Part shown: positions 40,257 through 50,020 of the stretch, one piece after another
How the letters are laid out: the number at the start of each line of letters is the position of its first letter
Numbering within the stretch: position 1 is the stretch's first letter
Origin: Acidimicrobiia bacterium
GTDB lineage: Bacteria; Actinomycetota; Acidimicrobiia; Spongiisociales; ZC4RG35
Assembly (NCBI GenBank): GCA_965203555.1
Contig: CBDBCY010000002.1
Coordinates: 1-64,000, forward strand
Direction: 5' to 3'
Length of the DNA: 64,000 bases
Notes under the pieces: generated by a model
Databases searched by the model: none
Told to the model about the DNA's origin: nothing
What the model saw: the letters and a program-made list of their open reading frames with translations, nothing else
Made by a program: the position numbers and the translations under genes

Positions 40257-41471
40257 ATGAAACAAGCAGTCAACAGCCAGCGGTCCGCCAACCTGGCCAA
40301 GTTGCTGGCGCCCACCATGCCGGTCGTGGAGGCGTCGGTTGAAGAACTGAAACAGCGTATACAGTCCACTATCTGTGTCCAGAACCAAGTGGCGGCGGTC
40401 CGCGCCCAAGCGGTGTCGGAGTTGCGCCGCCGGCAGGGGGCGGAGAAGGTGGAAACGATATTGCGGGAGGACGGTCTGTTGGGCCGTCGGAAGGCCCGGT
40501 CGGAGGTGGAGACCGCCAAAGAATTGGAGGAACTGCCCAAGACGCGGGAGGGTTTCCAAAAGGGAGAGATCTCTGCTGACAACGCGCGTATTTTGGCGGG
40601 CGCCAACCAGAGGGGAACCATTGTCGAGGACGAATTGTTGGACGGTGCCCGTTCCCAGTCTCCTGACAAGTTCGCCCGCATGGTCCGCAAACACGAACAG
40701 CAACGTTCAGAGGATGATGGTGTTTCGAAGTTGGAGCATCAGCGTTCCCGCCGGTTCGCGAAGATCACCACCGACCAAGACGACGGGATGACCGTCCTTT
40801 ATGGGAGGTTCGACCCCGTGACCGGTGCTCGGGTCGAGACCGCGGTGTCTCATATGATGAAACAACTATGGCACAAGGAAGATCCCAGCAATCGGGCTAC
40901 TGCGGGTCAGCGGATGGCCGACGCCATAGCCAAGCTCCTTACTCGGGAAGGAGAAGACGGTGGTTCCCAGGGCGTGCGATTGTTGGTGATCGCCGACTAC
41001 GACGCGGTCAGCCAACAGTTGGGCAACCCTCGCCTGGAGAACGGAACCCTCCTCCCCGCCAAGACGCTACGACAGTTGGCGTGCGACGCGCAGGTCCTCC
41101 CGGCGATCTTTTCGGGTTCGTCGGTGCCGTTGGATTTGGGACGGGCCCGGCGTACGGCGAGCGGTTCTCAACGGGCCGCGCTGGTCGCCCGCGACAAACA
41201 CTGCATCGGTTGCGGCGCCAAAGCTTCCTGGTGCCAGGCGCATCACATCGTCCACTGGGCCGATGAGGGTCCCACCAACCTGGACAACATGTGTCTTCTG
41301 TGCAGCAGATGCCACCACAAAGTCCACGACAATGACTGGCAGGTCGAACGCACTACAACCGGCGCCTACCGGCTCCGTCCACCACCCACCCAATGGGGAC
41401 GCCCACCCCGACCTAAGTACCGGAACCTCCGACGCCGCAAACGCCGACCCACCGTCAAGCAACGAAAATAA
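40257..41471 (+). CDS. DUF222 + HNH endonuclease (REP13E12/Rv1128c-like)
   Basis: QRMADA, LACDA, LDLGRARR...QRAALVARDKHC..CG....WCQAHHIVHW..GPTNLDNMCLLCSRCHHKVH. Confidence 0.92.
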   Translation: MKQAVNSQRSANLAKLLAPTMPVVEASVEELKQRIQSTICVQNQVAAVRAQAVSELRRRQGAEKVETILREDGLLGRRKARSEVETAKELEELPKTREGFQKGEISADNARILAGANQRGTIVEDELLDGARSQSPDKFARMVRKHEQQRSEDDGVSKLEHQRSRRFAKITTDQDDGMTVLYGRFDPVTGARVETAVSHMMKQLWHKEDPSNRATAGQRMADAIAKLLTREGEDGGSQGVRLLVIADYDAVSQQLGNPRLENGTLLPAKTLRQLACDAQVLPAIFSGSSVPLDLGRARRTASGSQRAALVARDKHCIGCGAKASWCQAHHIVHWADEGPTNLDNMCLLCSRCHHKVHDNDWQVERTTTGAYRLRPPPTQWGRPPRPKYRNLRRRKRRPTVKQRK

Positions 41472-41552
41472 AACAGCCCACCACCCAAAGGGTCAACACC
41501 GCCTTGGACAGGTCACTCGCGAAAAGCCCGCATTGGCGTATCCTTTGCCACT

Positions 41553-42119
41553 ATGACGCAGCGCATGAGCCGTCGGCCCAGTGCCGGCCCCACTTTCGGG
41601 GAGATTCTGGAGAGTTTCAGGCGTCGGCGGGGATTCAAGAGAAGACAGATCGCCCGGCAGTTGGGAGTAACCCAGGGCCAGGTCAGAGATTGGGAACGGG
41701 GAACGGAGATCCCCATTCATCCGGGCCTGTTGCGATCTCTGGAGGCCATGCTGGATACACCGGAGGGGATTCTGGTGCGCGCCGCAGGGTTCTCGGCGCC
41801 GGTTCCGGAGGGGCCGAAGATGACTGTCCAGCAGTCGATGGCTACCCTGGCCCAGACCGAAGAGGATCCGCCGGTACATCCTCTCGATTTCCAACCGGAA
41901 ACCACTCCGTCGCTACAGCCTGTTCCATCCGAATCTGCGGAAGGGCCGTCAGGGTCCTTCTCCTACCGGTACAACCCTCCGGAGGAGCGCTGGGTGTACC
42001 GGATGCGCTTTTTGCTCACCGGCGCGGGGATGGCACTTCTGGGACTGTTGCTGATCTGGGCGATGGGGAGGGTGAGGGAGGAGTTGGGCAGTCTGTGGGA
42101 TGCTGTCTTCGGCCAGTGA
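41553..42119 (+). CDS. XRE HTH protein with a C-terminal TM helix
   Basis: RQIARQLGVTQGQVRDWERG; hydrophobic FLLTGAGMALLGLLLIWAM. Confidence 0.8.
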   Translation: MTQRMSRRPSAGPTFGEILESFRRRRGFKRRQIARQLGVTQGQVRDWERGTEIPIHPGLLRSLEAMLDTPEGILVRAAGFSAPVPEGPKMTVQQSMATLAQTEEDPPVHPLDFQPETTPSLQPVPSESAEGPSGSFSYRYNPPEERWVYRMRFLLTGAGMALLGLLLIWAMGRVREELGSLWDAVFGQ

Positions 42120-42132
42120 TTCCCGCTCGGCC

Positions 42133-43065
42133 ATGAGCGAAAGCCACCGGGTGGTGGTGCATCCCTGTCACCCGAGGGGGGTCCCGCAGAGCCTGGCGAA
42201 AGTGCCGGGAGTGGAGGTGGTCTCACCTCCGGATCTGGCCGGCCTGTCGGAGTGTCTGGCCGATCCCCGGGCGGAGATCCTGGTGAGTTTCATCTGGACC
42301 GACGAGTGCCTTGCCCTGGGCCTGCGGTGGATACAGTCGATCTCTTCTGGTCTGGACCATTATCCGGTGCAGGAACTGGCCGCGGCGGGGATTCGTTTGA
42401 CATCGGGCCGGGGCGCCAACGCCCCGGCGGTGGCGGAGCACGCTTTTGCCTTGCTGCTGGCCGTCACCCGGCGGATCGGCAAATCGGTGAGATACTCGGA
42501 GCGAGCCCTGTGGCGGCAGGGGATGGGATTCGAACTGGTTGGCAAGACACTGGGAGTGTTGGGTCTGGGCAGCGTTGGCGAAGAGATCGCCTGGCGGGCC
42601 AAGGCGTGGGGGATGGAGGTGATCGGCACCAAGCGGAATCCCGACACATATCAGGGGTGCGCCGCCCGTGTCTACCCGCCCGGGGAGACCGTGGAAGTAT
42701 TCCGCCGGTCATATGCGGTGATAAGCGCCCTTCCCCACCGGAGGGGTGCGCCGCCGCAGGTGGGAGCCGCCGAACTGGCCGCGTTGAGGGACGGGTGGTT
42801 CGTGAATGTGGGCAGGGGTTCGGTAGTGGACACCGAGGCCTTGTTGGATGCTTTGGATTCGGGACAACTGCGGGGCGCCGGCTTGGATGTCACCTATCCC
42901 GAGCCCCCTGCGAAGGACTCCCCCCTGTGGCGTCACCCCAAAGTGGTGCTCACCCCCCACCTGGGAGGGTTCTCGCCGGAGTACGCCGATCGCCTGGCCG
43001 AGATTTTCGCCGCCAACCTGCAAGCCTTCCGCGGGGAGGGCGAGTGGGTTAATCTGGTGGTATGA
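42133..43065 (+). CDS. D-2-hydroxyacid dehydrogenase
   Basis: VAEHA, GLGSVG, VNVGRG, GLDVT.PEP, LTPH. Confidence 0.92.
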   Translation: MSESHRVVVHPCHPRGVPQSLAKVPGVEVVSPPDLAGLSECLADPRAEILVSFIWTDECLALGLRWIQSISSGLDHYPVQELAAAGIRLTSGRGANAPAVAEHAFALLLAVTRRIGKSVRYSERALWRQGMGFELVGKTLGVLGLGSVGEEIAWRAKAWGMEVIGTKRNPDTYQGCAARVYPPGETVEVFRRSYAVISALPHRRGAPPQVGAAELAALRDGWFVNVGRGSVVDTEALLDALDSGQLRGAGLDVTYPEPPAKDSPLWRHPKVVLTPHLGGFSPEYADRLAEIFAANLQAFRGEGEWVNLVV

Positions 43066-43123
43066 GTCCCCATCTCCCCGCGGTGGGGCGGACCGTTTCA
43101 TCTCTTAGAAAACCGTCTGTCAT

Positions 43124-43843
43124 ATGAGCAAGATCAGCCACCAGGAGGGGGTGGTGCTTCGCAGCTACCCGTTCGGCGAGGCGGACCGGGTCGTGGTGCT
43201 GCTGAGTCCCGGACGGGGGAAGCTGCGGACCGTGGCGCGTGGGGTTCGGCGGGTAAAGAGCCGGTTGAGGGGACGGCTGGAACCTTTCTGCCGGGTGGAA
43301 TTGGTGCTGTACCGAGGTCGGGAACTCGATTTGATCACCTCGGTGACCGTGGTTGCCGCCCATCCCGCCCTCCGGTCCGATCTGGATCGTCTCCTCTCCG
43401 CCTCCATGATGGTGAACGGGGTGGATGCGGTGGCCCAGCCCGAACAGCGTTCAGGCTCGCTGTACCGGTTGTTGACCGAAGGCCTGGAGGTTCTCACCGA
43501 CGCCGAGGACGTGGCAGGTCTGACCACCGCTTTTTTGCTCCGGTTGGCCGAGGTGGTGGGAGTGGCGCCGGCGCTGGAGTGGTGCGCCACCTGCGGCGGA
43601 GAGCAGACCCTGACCAGGTTCCATTTCGAGGGAGGGGGGGTAGTATGCGGGCGATGCCGTACGCAAGGCTCGGTCCGGCTGGTGGGGGGAGTAACCGAGC
43701 ACCTGCGGGATCTGGCGCGGGCCGAGTTGAATGATCTGCCTCCCACCACCGCCGATATATCCCGACAGGCCATGAGCGTGGTCTGCCGGTTTCTGGAATT
43801 CCACCTGGACCACAGCTTTCGCTCGGTGGCGGCGCTGTCATGA
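43124..43843 (+). CDS. recO: DNA repair protein RecO
   Basis: GEADRVV, VARGVRR.KSR, CATCG...CGRC. Confidence 0.95.
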   Translation: MSKISHQEGVVLRSYPFGEADRVVVLLSPGRGKLRTVARGVRRVKSRLRGRLEPFCRVELVLYRGRELDLITSVTVVAAHPALRSDLDRLLSASMMVNGVDAVAQPEQRSGSLYRLLTEGLEVLTDAEDVAGLTTAFLLRLAEVVGVAPALEWCATCGGEQTLTRFHFEGGGVVCGRCRTQGSVRLVGGVTEHLRDLARAELNDLPPTTADISRQAMSVVCRFLEFHLDHSFRSVAALS

Positions 43844-44562
43844 CCGGCGGCGTTCCCCGCCATGTGGGGGTGATACTGGACGGCAACGGCCGGTGGGCCC
43901 AGAGCCGCGGGTTACCCCGGGTGGCCGGGCACGTGGCCGGCGAGGACGCCCTTTTGGATGTGCTGGAAGGGGCACTGGAGGTGGGAATCGAGTGGTTCAC
44001 CATCTTCGTCTTTTCCACCGAGAACTGGCGCCGCTCCGCTTCGGAAGTGAAGTTTCTGATGGAGTTCTGCGACGAAATGCTGCTACGGAGGGGCCGGGAA
44101 CTGGCCGAGCGCGGCGCCCGTCTCCACTTTGCGGGCAACATCTGCGATCCCCGGATACCGGAGGCGGTCCGCCGGCACATCCGGGAGACCTTGGATCTGA
44201 CCGCGGCAAACACCGGGTTGAATCTGGTTGTGGCCTTCAACTACGGGGGCCGGCGGGAGATCGTGGAGGCCGCCCGGGCACTGGCGGCGGAGGCGGCGTC
44301 GGGAAGCATTCGACCCGAGGATGTGAACGAAGAGGCCTTGGCGGCGCGGCTGCACGTTCCCCAGATGCCCGATGCCGACCTGATAATCCGCACCTCCGGC
44401 GAAAACCGCCTGTCCAACTTCCTGTTGTGGCAGGGCGCCTATGCCGAACTCTACTTCACCGAGGTGCTGTGGCCCGACTTCAACCGCCGCCAATTCGAGA
44501 AAGCGCTGGAGGAGTACCGGCGCAGGGAGCGGCGATTCGGCCGAATACAGGACCCGTCCTAG
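43840..44562 (+). CDS. uppS: Polyprenyl diphosphate synthase
   Basis: DGNGRWA, FSTENWRR, NYGGR, RTSGE.RLSNFLLWQ. Confidence 0.96.
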   Translation: MTGGVPRHVGVILDGNGRWAQSRGLPRVAGHVAGEDALLDVLEGALEVGIEWFTIFVFSTENWRRSASEVKFLMEFCDEMLLRRGRELAERGARLHFAGNICDPRIPEAVRRHIRETLDLTAANTGLNLVVAFNYGGRREIVEAARALAAEAASGSIRPEDVNEEALAARLHVPQMPDADLIIRTSGENRLSNFLLWQGAYAELYFTEVLWPDFNRRQFEKALEEYRRRERRFGRIQDPS

Positions 44563-44596
44563 AGCCGGGGTTCGGTTAGCCTTCCCTTTGTCCCAC

Positions 44597-45901
44597 ATGA
44601 CCAGCCTGGAAACCATCGTCAATCTTTCCCGCCGCCGGGGGTTTGCCTTCCCCTCCTCGGAGATCTACGGCGGGCTCCGCTCGGCCTACGACTACGGGCC
44701 GCTGGGGGTGGAACTGCTCCGCAACGTGAAGAACGAATGGTGGCGTTCGATGGTGAACACTCGGCGGGACGTGGTGGGCATCGACTCGGCGGTGATCCAG
44801 TCACGGCGGGTGTGGCAGGCGTCCGGCCACGAGTCGGTGTTCACCGATCCGCTGGTGGAGTGTCGCGACTGTCATCAGCGATTCCGCCAGGACAAGCTGG
44901 CCCGCCCCGACCAATGCCCGGCATGCGGCAGGCGGGATACCTTCACCGATCCCCGGCACTTCAACCTGATGCTTCGCACCCACATGGGACCGGTGGAGAC
45001 CGATGAGAATCTGGTGTATCTGCGCCCCGAGACCGCCCAGGGAATTTTCATCAACTTCGCCAATGTGCTGCGGGTCTCCCGTCGCAAGCTCCCGTTCGGG
45101 GTGGCGCAGATCGGCAAGTCGTTTCGCAACGAGATAACCCCCGGCCAGTTCGTCTTTCGCACCCGGGAATTCGAGCAGATGGAGATGGAGTGGTTCTGCC
45201 TGCCCGCCGAGGCTTCGCAATGGTTCGAGTACTGGGTGGACGCCCGGCGTCGCTGGTACCTGGATCTGGGCATGGACCCGCAGAACCTGCGGATCCGGCC
45301 CCACGGCGCCGACGAACTGTCCCACTATTCAAAGGAGACCGTGGACGTGGAGTACCGGTTCTCCTGGGGATGGGACGAGTTGGAGGGGATCGCCAACCGC
45401 ACCAACTTCGATCTGAGACAACACTCGGAGCACTCCGGGCAGGACTTGAGCTACTTCGACCAGGCGACCGGCGTCCGGGTGATTCCCTACGTCATCGAAC
45501 CGGCGGCGGGCGCCACTCGCACCACTTTCGCCTTTTTGATCGACTCCTACCGGACCGAGGAGGTCCGGGGCGCCGAGCGGGTGGTGCTGGGGCTGCATCC
45601 TCGTCTGGCGCCTTACAAGGTGGCGGTGTTGCCCCTTTCCCGAAAGCCGGCGTTGGTGGAAGCTTCGGCGGCGATCGCGGACGATTTGGGGGAACGGTTC
45701 TCGGTTGAGTTCGACATCACCCAGTCGATCGGAAAGCGTTACCGTCGCCAGGACGAGATCGGCACGCCCCTGTGCGTCACCTTCGATTTCGCTTCGTTGG
45801 AAGACCAGGCGGTTACCGTCCGGGACCGCGACACCATGCAGCAGGATCGGGTGGGAGTCGACCGGCTGCGGGCTTACCTGGATGAACGGTTGGGAATGTG
45901 A
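44597..45901 (+). CDS. glyQS: Glycine--tRNA ligase (alpha2 type)
   Basis: SEIYGG, YLRPETAQGIF, FRNEITPG, FRTREFEQME, IGKRYRRQDEIGTP. Confidence 0.97.
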   Translation: MTSLETIVNLSRRRGFAFPSSEIYGGLRSAYDYGPLGVELLRNVKNEWWRSMVNTRRDVVGIDSAVIQSRRVWQASGHESVFTDPLVECRDCHQRFRQDKLARPDQCPACGRRDTFTDPRHFNLMLRTHMGPVETDENLVYLRPETAQGIFINFANVLRVSRRKLPFGVAQIGKSFRNEITPGQFVFRTREFEQMEMEWFCLPAEASQWFEYWVDARRRWYLDLGMDPQNLRIRPHGADELSHYSKETVDVEYRFSWGWDELEGIANRTNFDLRQHSEHSGQDLSYFDQATGVRVIPYVIEPAAGATRTTFAFLIDSYRTEEVRGAERVVLGLHPRLAPYKVAVLPLSRKPALVEASAAIADDLGERFSVEFDITQSIGKRYRRQDEIGTPLCVTFDFASLEDQAVTVRDRDTMQQDRVGVDRLRAYLDERLGM

Positions 45902-46773
45902 CCCGCAGAATCCTGATCGCGATATGGGCGGTGCTGGCGCTGGCGGCCGCCACCGGGGTGATCTGGTTCTATGTGGCCGGGAACGTGGGCGATCCCACCG
46001 AAGTGACCGCTCCGCCCATCACCGCCGAATCGGTGACCGCAACGGAGGCGGCAGCGGTTTCGCCGACTACTTCGGATGGCGAGGCGGCGTCGGTGACCAC
46101 CGCCGGGAGTTCGGCGGAGCCAACCACTTCCACCTCTTCGGCGGCAGGGGAAGCGCCCGCCGAGACCACTGCCCCCGAGAGTCCCCGGGCCGAGCCGGAG
46201 GACTCTGCCGCGACGGGGGAGGAGTCCCCGCTGACATTGGAATTGCAACTCGTCGAAGGCACGCAGGCGCGGTTCCTCATATACGAGGATCTTCGAGGGG
46301 AACCGTTCACAGTGCTGGGTATGACAGCCGAAGTGGTGGGACGGATAAACGTGAACCGCGCCGACCTGGCCTCCTCGCAGATGGGAGACATCCTCATCAA
46401 CGCTCGGACTTTCGCCACCGATTCCGGGAACCGGGATCGGGCCATCCGGGGTCCGATCCTCAACGCCGAGCAGTTCGAGTTCATTACTTTCCGTCCACTT
46501 GTGCTCAGCGGCCTGTCGGGCGCCGCCGAACCGGGGGGTGAGTGGAGCTTTGTCGTGGAAGGGGAACTCACGGTGCGGGACGTCACTCGGCCTGTGACAT
46601 TTGAGGTGACCGCCCGCCTGGGCGACGGTGACGTGCTGGAGGGAGAGGCGTCGGCCACCGTGTTACGGTCCGATTTCAACCTCTCCGTTCCTTCGGTGCC
46701 CTTCGTGGCCAACGTCGCCGATGAGATTGGCCTGGAATTGGACTTCATTGCCGCACCGGCCGGGCTAGGATGA
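45898..46773 (+). CDS. YceI family protein with membrane anchor and S/T/A-rich linker
   Basis: TDSGNRD, ITF, GELTVRDVTRPVTF, LRSDF. Confidence 0.9.
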   Translation: MTRRILIAIWAVLALAAATGVIWFYVAGNVGDPTEVTAPPITAESVTATEAAAVSPTTSDGEAASVTTAGSSAEPTTSTSSAAGEAPAETTAPESPRAEPEDSAATGEESPLTLELQLVEGTQARFLIYEDLRGEPFTVLGMTAEVVGRINVNRADLASSQMGDILINARTFATDSGNRDRAIRGPILNAEQFEFITFRPLVLSGLSGAAEPGGEWSFVVEGELTVRDVTRPVTFEVTARLGDGDVLEGEASATVLRSDFNLSVPSVPFVANVADEIGLELDFIAAPAGLG

Positions 46774-46841
46774 CGGTCACCTGAATGTATTGCTCAAGAC
46801 GGTCATGGGATTAGAGACGGTCTGTAATCGGGGGTGGTGAA

Positions 46842-48647
46842 ATGATCAGGGGGGATGAAGACCGAGAGCGGGTTCGTGCCGCGGTCAACCTGGTGGAACA
46901 GTTCGCAACTGTCACCAAGGTGAAGAAATCGGGACGCAGTCACATGGCCCTGTGCCCCTTTCACCAGGAGAAGACCCCGTCGCTCTCCATCGACGCCGCC
47001 AGAGGGTTGTTCTACTGTCACGGGTGTCACAAGGGAGGGGATGTATTCACCTTGGTCCAGGAGACCCAAGGAATGTCTTTCCCCGAAGCGTTGGAGACCC
47101 TGGCCAGACAGACCGGGATTGCCCTTACCCGCAGGCGGGGCGACGGCCGGAAAGCGGCGGAGCGGGCCCGGCTGGTGGCGGCGATGCGCCGGGCGGTGGA
47201 TTTCTACACCCGGAGGCTGCTGTCGGGGCCGGACGCCGGGCCAGCCCGGGCCTATCTTCGGTCCCGGGGTTACGATCGCCCGCTGATCGAGAAATTCGGT
47301 CTGGGTTTCTCGCCTTCCGGTGAGCCGTCGCTGAGCGCCGAATTGCGGTCGGCGGGGTTTTCGGATGCGGAGATGGAACGGGCCGGCCTGGCCATCAACC
47401 GCGGACGGGACAGGTCTCGCGATCGCTTTTGGGGTCGCATCATGTTTCCCATTCATGACCTGAAGGGTGATCCGGTGGGATTCGGAGCGCGCCTTCTGAG
47501 CGGAGCGGGCCCCAAATACCTCAACTCACCGGAGACCGCGCTCTATCGCAAGTCCCGTTTGTTGTACGGGCTGCACATGGCGCGCCGGGAAATCAGCCGG
47601 GACGACCGGGCAGTGGTGGTGGAGGGATACACCGATGTCATCGCCCTTCACCGGGCAGGGATGGAATCGGCGGTCGCCACATGCGGCACCGCCCTGGGAG
47701 AGGAGCATCTGGAAGTGCTGGGAAGACTGGGAGAGCGGATCGTGCTTGCCTTCGACGCCGACCGGGCCGGCGCCGATGCGGTGTTGCGCGGGGAGCGAGT
47801 CAGCCGCCGAAGCGGGCGCCGATTGGATCTGCGGGTGGCCGAATTGCCCGATGGGAAGGATCCGGCCGATCTATTGCAGGACGGCCGCTTGGAGGAGCTT
47901 CGTCAGGCGGTGGAGGAATCCCGGTCGGCGCTTGCATTCCGGATAGAGCGTCGCCTGCAGGGAGTGGATCTCACCGATCCCGAGTCCCGGGCGCGGGCGG
48001 TGAACGAGTTGGGCGCCCTGGTGGGGGCGGTCAGCGATCAGACCACCCGGGCCGATTACGAGCAGGCTCTGTCGCGGAGAACGGGAGTTGGCATGGCAGA
48101 GATACGGGCGGCGGTTTCCAGGGGGAAGGGGCGGCCGCCGCCGGCTCGCTCCGAGAAACGGGAGAGGCCGACCCGACGAGTCCGGCGGCCTGTCCATCGA
48201 GGATCGCCGGTGGAACGGGAACTGTTGCGGGCCGTACTGTTCAATCATCCGGCGTTGCGGGAACTGGAGGTGGACCGGACCTTGTTCTCGGAGGGCCTCT
48301 ATCGCCGGGCTTTCGAAACCATCGAAGCCGACTGGAGAGGCACTCCCCCGGGCCGGCCCACTCCCATCGCGTTGGGGAAGAAAGGGAACGAAGAGTATCC
48401 GGGCCGGTCTTCCCCGTCTGACGAGGTAACCATGGCCTTGCTGGAGATCTCCGCCGATACGTCCGAGCCGGGCGATCCCCGGCCCGTGGTCATCAGATGC
48501 CGCCGGGAGGCGCTCGGCCGGGAGCGAAGCGTGATCGACGCCCGGATGAGAGCGCTGGCTGCCGACGATCCCGATCGACCGCAGCTTCTGAAGCAGATCG
48601 TCCAGTTGGACCGCCGTCGCCAGGAACTGGCCGGAGACTTGCCATGA
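46842..48647 (+). CDS. dnaG: DNA primase
   Basis: CPFHQEKTPS, CHGC, KYLNSPET, VEGYTDV, FDADRAG, GKDPAD. Confidence 0.97.
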   Translation: MIRGDEDRERVRAAVNLVEQFATVTKVKKSGRSHMALCPFHQEKTPSLSIDAARGLFYCHGCHKGGDVFTLVQETQGMSFPEALETLARQTGIALTRRRGDGRKAAERARLVAAMRRAVDFYTRRLLSGPDAGPARAYLRSRGYDRPLIEKFGLGFSPSGEPSLSAELRSAGFSDAEMERAGLAINRGRDRSRDRFWGRIMFPIHDLKGDPVGFGARLLSGAGPKYLNSPETALYRKSRLLYGLHMARREISRDDRAVVVEGYTDVIALHRAGMESAVATCGTALGEEHLEVLGRLGERIVLAFDADRAGADAVLRGERVSRRSGRRLDLRVAELPDGKDPADLLQDGRLEELRQAVEESRSALAFRIERRLQGVDLTDPESRARAVNELGALVGAVSDQTTRADYEQALSRRTGVGMAEIRAAVSRGKGRPPPARSEKRERPTRRVRRPVHRGSPVERELLRAVLFNHPALRELEVDRTLFSEGLYRRAFETIEADWRGTPPGRPTPIALGKKGNEEYPGRSSPSDEVTMALLEISADTSEPGDPRPVVIRCRREALGRERSVIDARMRALAADDPDRPQLLKQIVQLDRRRQELAGDLP

Positions 48648-49807
48648 CCGGCGGAGGAGGGGGTTTCGACCAGCGGGTGGGGATGATCCTGCGCCGAGGC
48701 CGCCAGCGAGGATTCGTCACCTCGTCGGAGATTATGGCGGATCTGGACGGTCTGGAGGACTCCCAGGCCGAAGCAGAGAAGAGATGGGACGAGCTGATGA
48801 GTCGGCTGGCCGAGGAGGGAATAGCGGTGATCGAGGAAGTGGAGGAGGTGGAGGAGAGAATCGGTCGTTCAGCTTCAGGGAGATCCTCGCCGGTGTCCGA
48901 TCCGGTCAGCCTCTATCTGAAGGAGATCGGACGCTATCCGTTGCTGAAGCCCGAGCAGGAGGTGGAGTTGGCGGTGCAGATTGAAAGCGGTGTCCTGGCC
49001 CGGGAGGGTCTGCGGGCAGAAGGGCTGTCACGGGCGGAACGAAGGAAACTGGCCGGCCGGGTGGCGCAGGGCGAAAAGGCCTACAACACGCTGGTCGAGT
49101 CGAATCTGCGATTGGTGGTGTCCATTGCCCGTAAGACCTTCGGATCGCTGAACGGGGCGACTCTGCTGGACCTGGTCCAAGAGGGCAACATGGGCCTGAT
49201 GAAGGCTGCGGAGCGTTTCGATCACCGCAGAGGTTTTCGTTTCTCGACCTATGCGGTGTGGTGGATCCGCCAGCCCATGATCAAGATGTTCGCCGAGCAG
49301 TCCCGGGCTATCCGGCTACCGGCCCACCTGGCCGCTCTGATCCCGGTCCTCAACGAGACTAAGAGAGAACTCACCCAGCAACAGGGACGGCCACCCACCA
49401 ATGCCGAGTTGGCCGCCCGGCTGGAACTCGATCCCACCCAGGTGGAGCGGATGGTGAGGATCACCCAGCGTCCGGTCTCTCTGCAGGCGCCGGTGGGATC
49501 CGAGGAGGAGGGGACCACGGTGGGGGACCTGGTGCAGGACCGGACCGCCCAGGACCCGTTCGATGCGGCCACCCTGGCTTTCCTGCAGACGCACCTGGCT
49601 CATGTCCTGAAGAATCTGCGCGGCCGGGAGCAGGAGATCCTGCGTCTGCGATTCGGATTGGAGGACGGTCGGGTTTGGACTCTCAGAGAACTGTCCCGCA
49701 GGTTCAGGGTGACCAAGGAGAGGATACGGCAGATGGAGCGCAAGGCCCTCTCCAAGATACGCCACCAGCGCTTCACCAGCGGCCTGCTGGAGTTCCTGGA
49801 GGACTAG
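48644..49807 (+). CDS. Sigma-70 factor, RpoD/SigA-like (divergent)
   Basis: DPVSLYLKEIG, SNLRLVVSIA, DLVQEGN.GL, FSTYAVWWIRQ, VTKERIRQME; ATGA overlap with dnaG. Confidence 0.9.
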   Translation: MTGGGGGFDQRVGMILRRGRQRGFVTSSEIMADLDGLEDSQAEAEKRWDELMSRLAEEGIAVIEEVEEVEERIGRSASGRSSPVSDPVSLYLKEIGRYPLLKPEQEVELAVQIESGVLAREGLRAEGLSRAERRKLAGRVAQGEKAYNTLVESNLRLVVSIARKTFGSLNGATLLDLVQEGNMGLMKAAERFDHRRGFRFSTYAVWWIRQPMIKMFAEQSRAIRLPAHLAALIPVLNETKRELTQQQGRPPTNAELAARLELDPTQVERMVRITQRPVSLQAPVGSEEEGTTVGDLVQDRTAQDPFDAATLAFLQTHLAHVLKNLRGREQEILRLRFGLEDGRVWTLRELSRRFRVTKERIRQMERKALSKIRHQRFTSGLLEFLED

Positions 49808-50020
49808 CGCCGCTATTCCAACCGGCGCTTACGCCATGGTCCCGTCGATCGCGTACCACCGAAACACATAGTCCCTCTCGGTCTGGGGGACAATTCCGGG
49901 GGACACTCTCCTTGTCCTGGCTTCGACCCGCGCCGGGGAAAGGACACGAAGGCCTGAAATCTCGACACGGAACTCACCGGGTCGATCAGGTCGTGAGGTT
50001 TATGTAGTTGTGAGTGCCTG

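Noticed and set aside
46772-46822. Three GACGGTC heptamers upstream of dnaG
   Set aside because: Irregular spacing (26 and 18 bp) and too short to distinguish from chance
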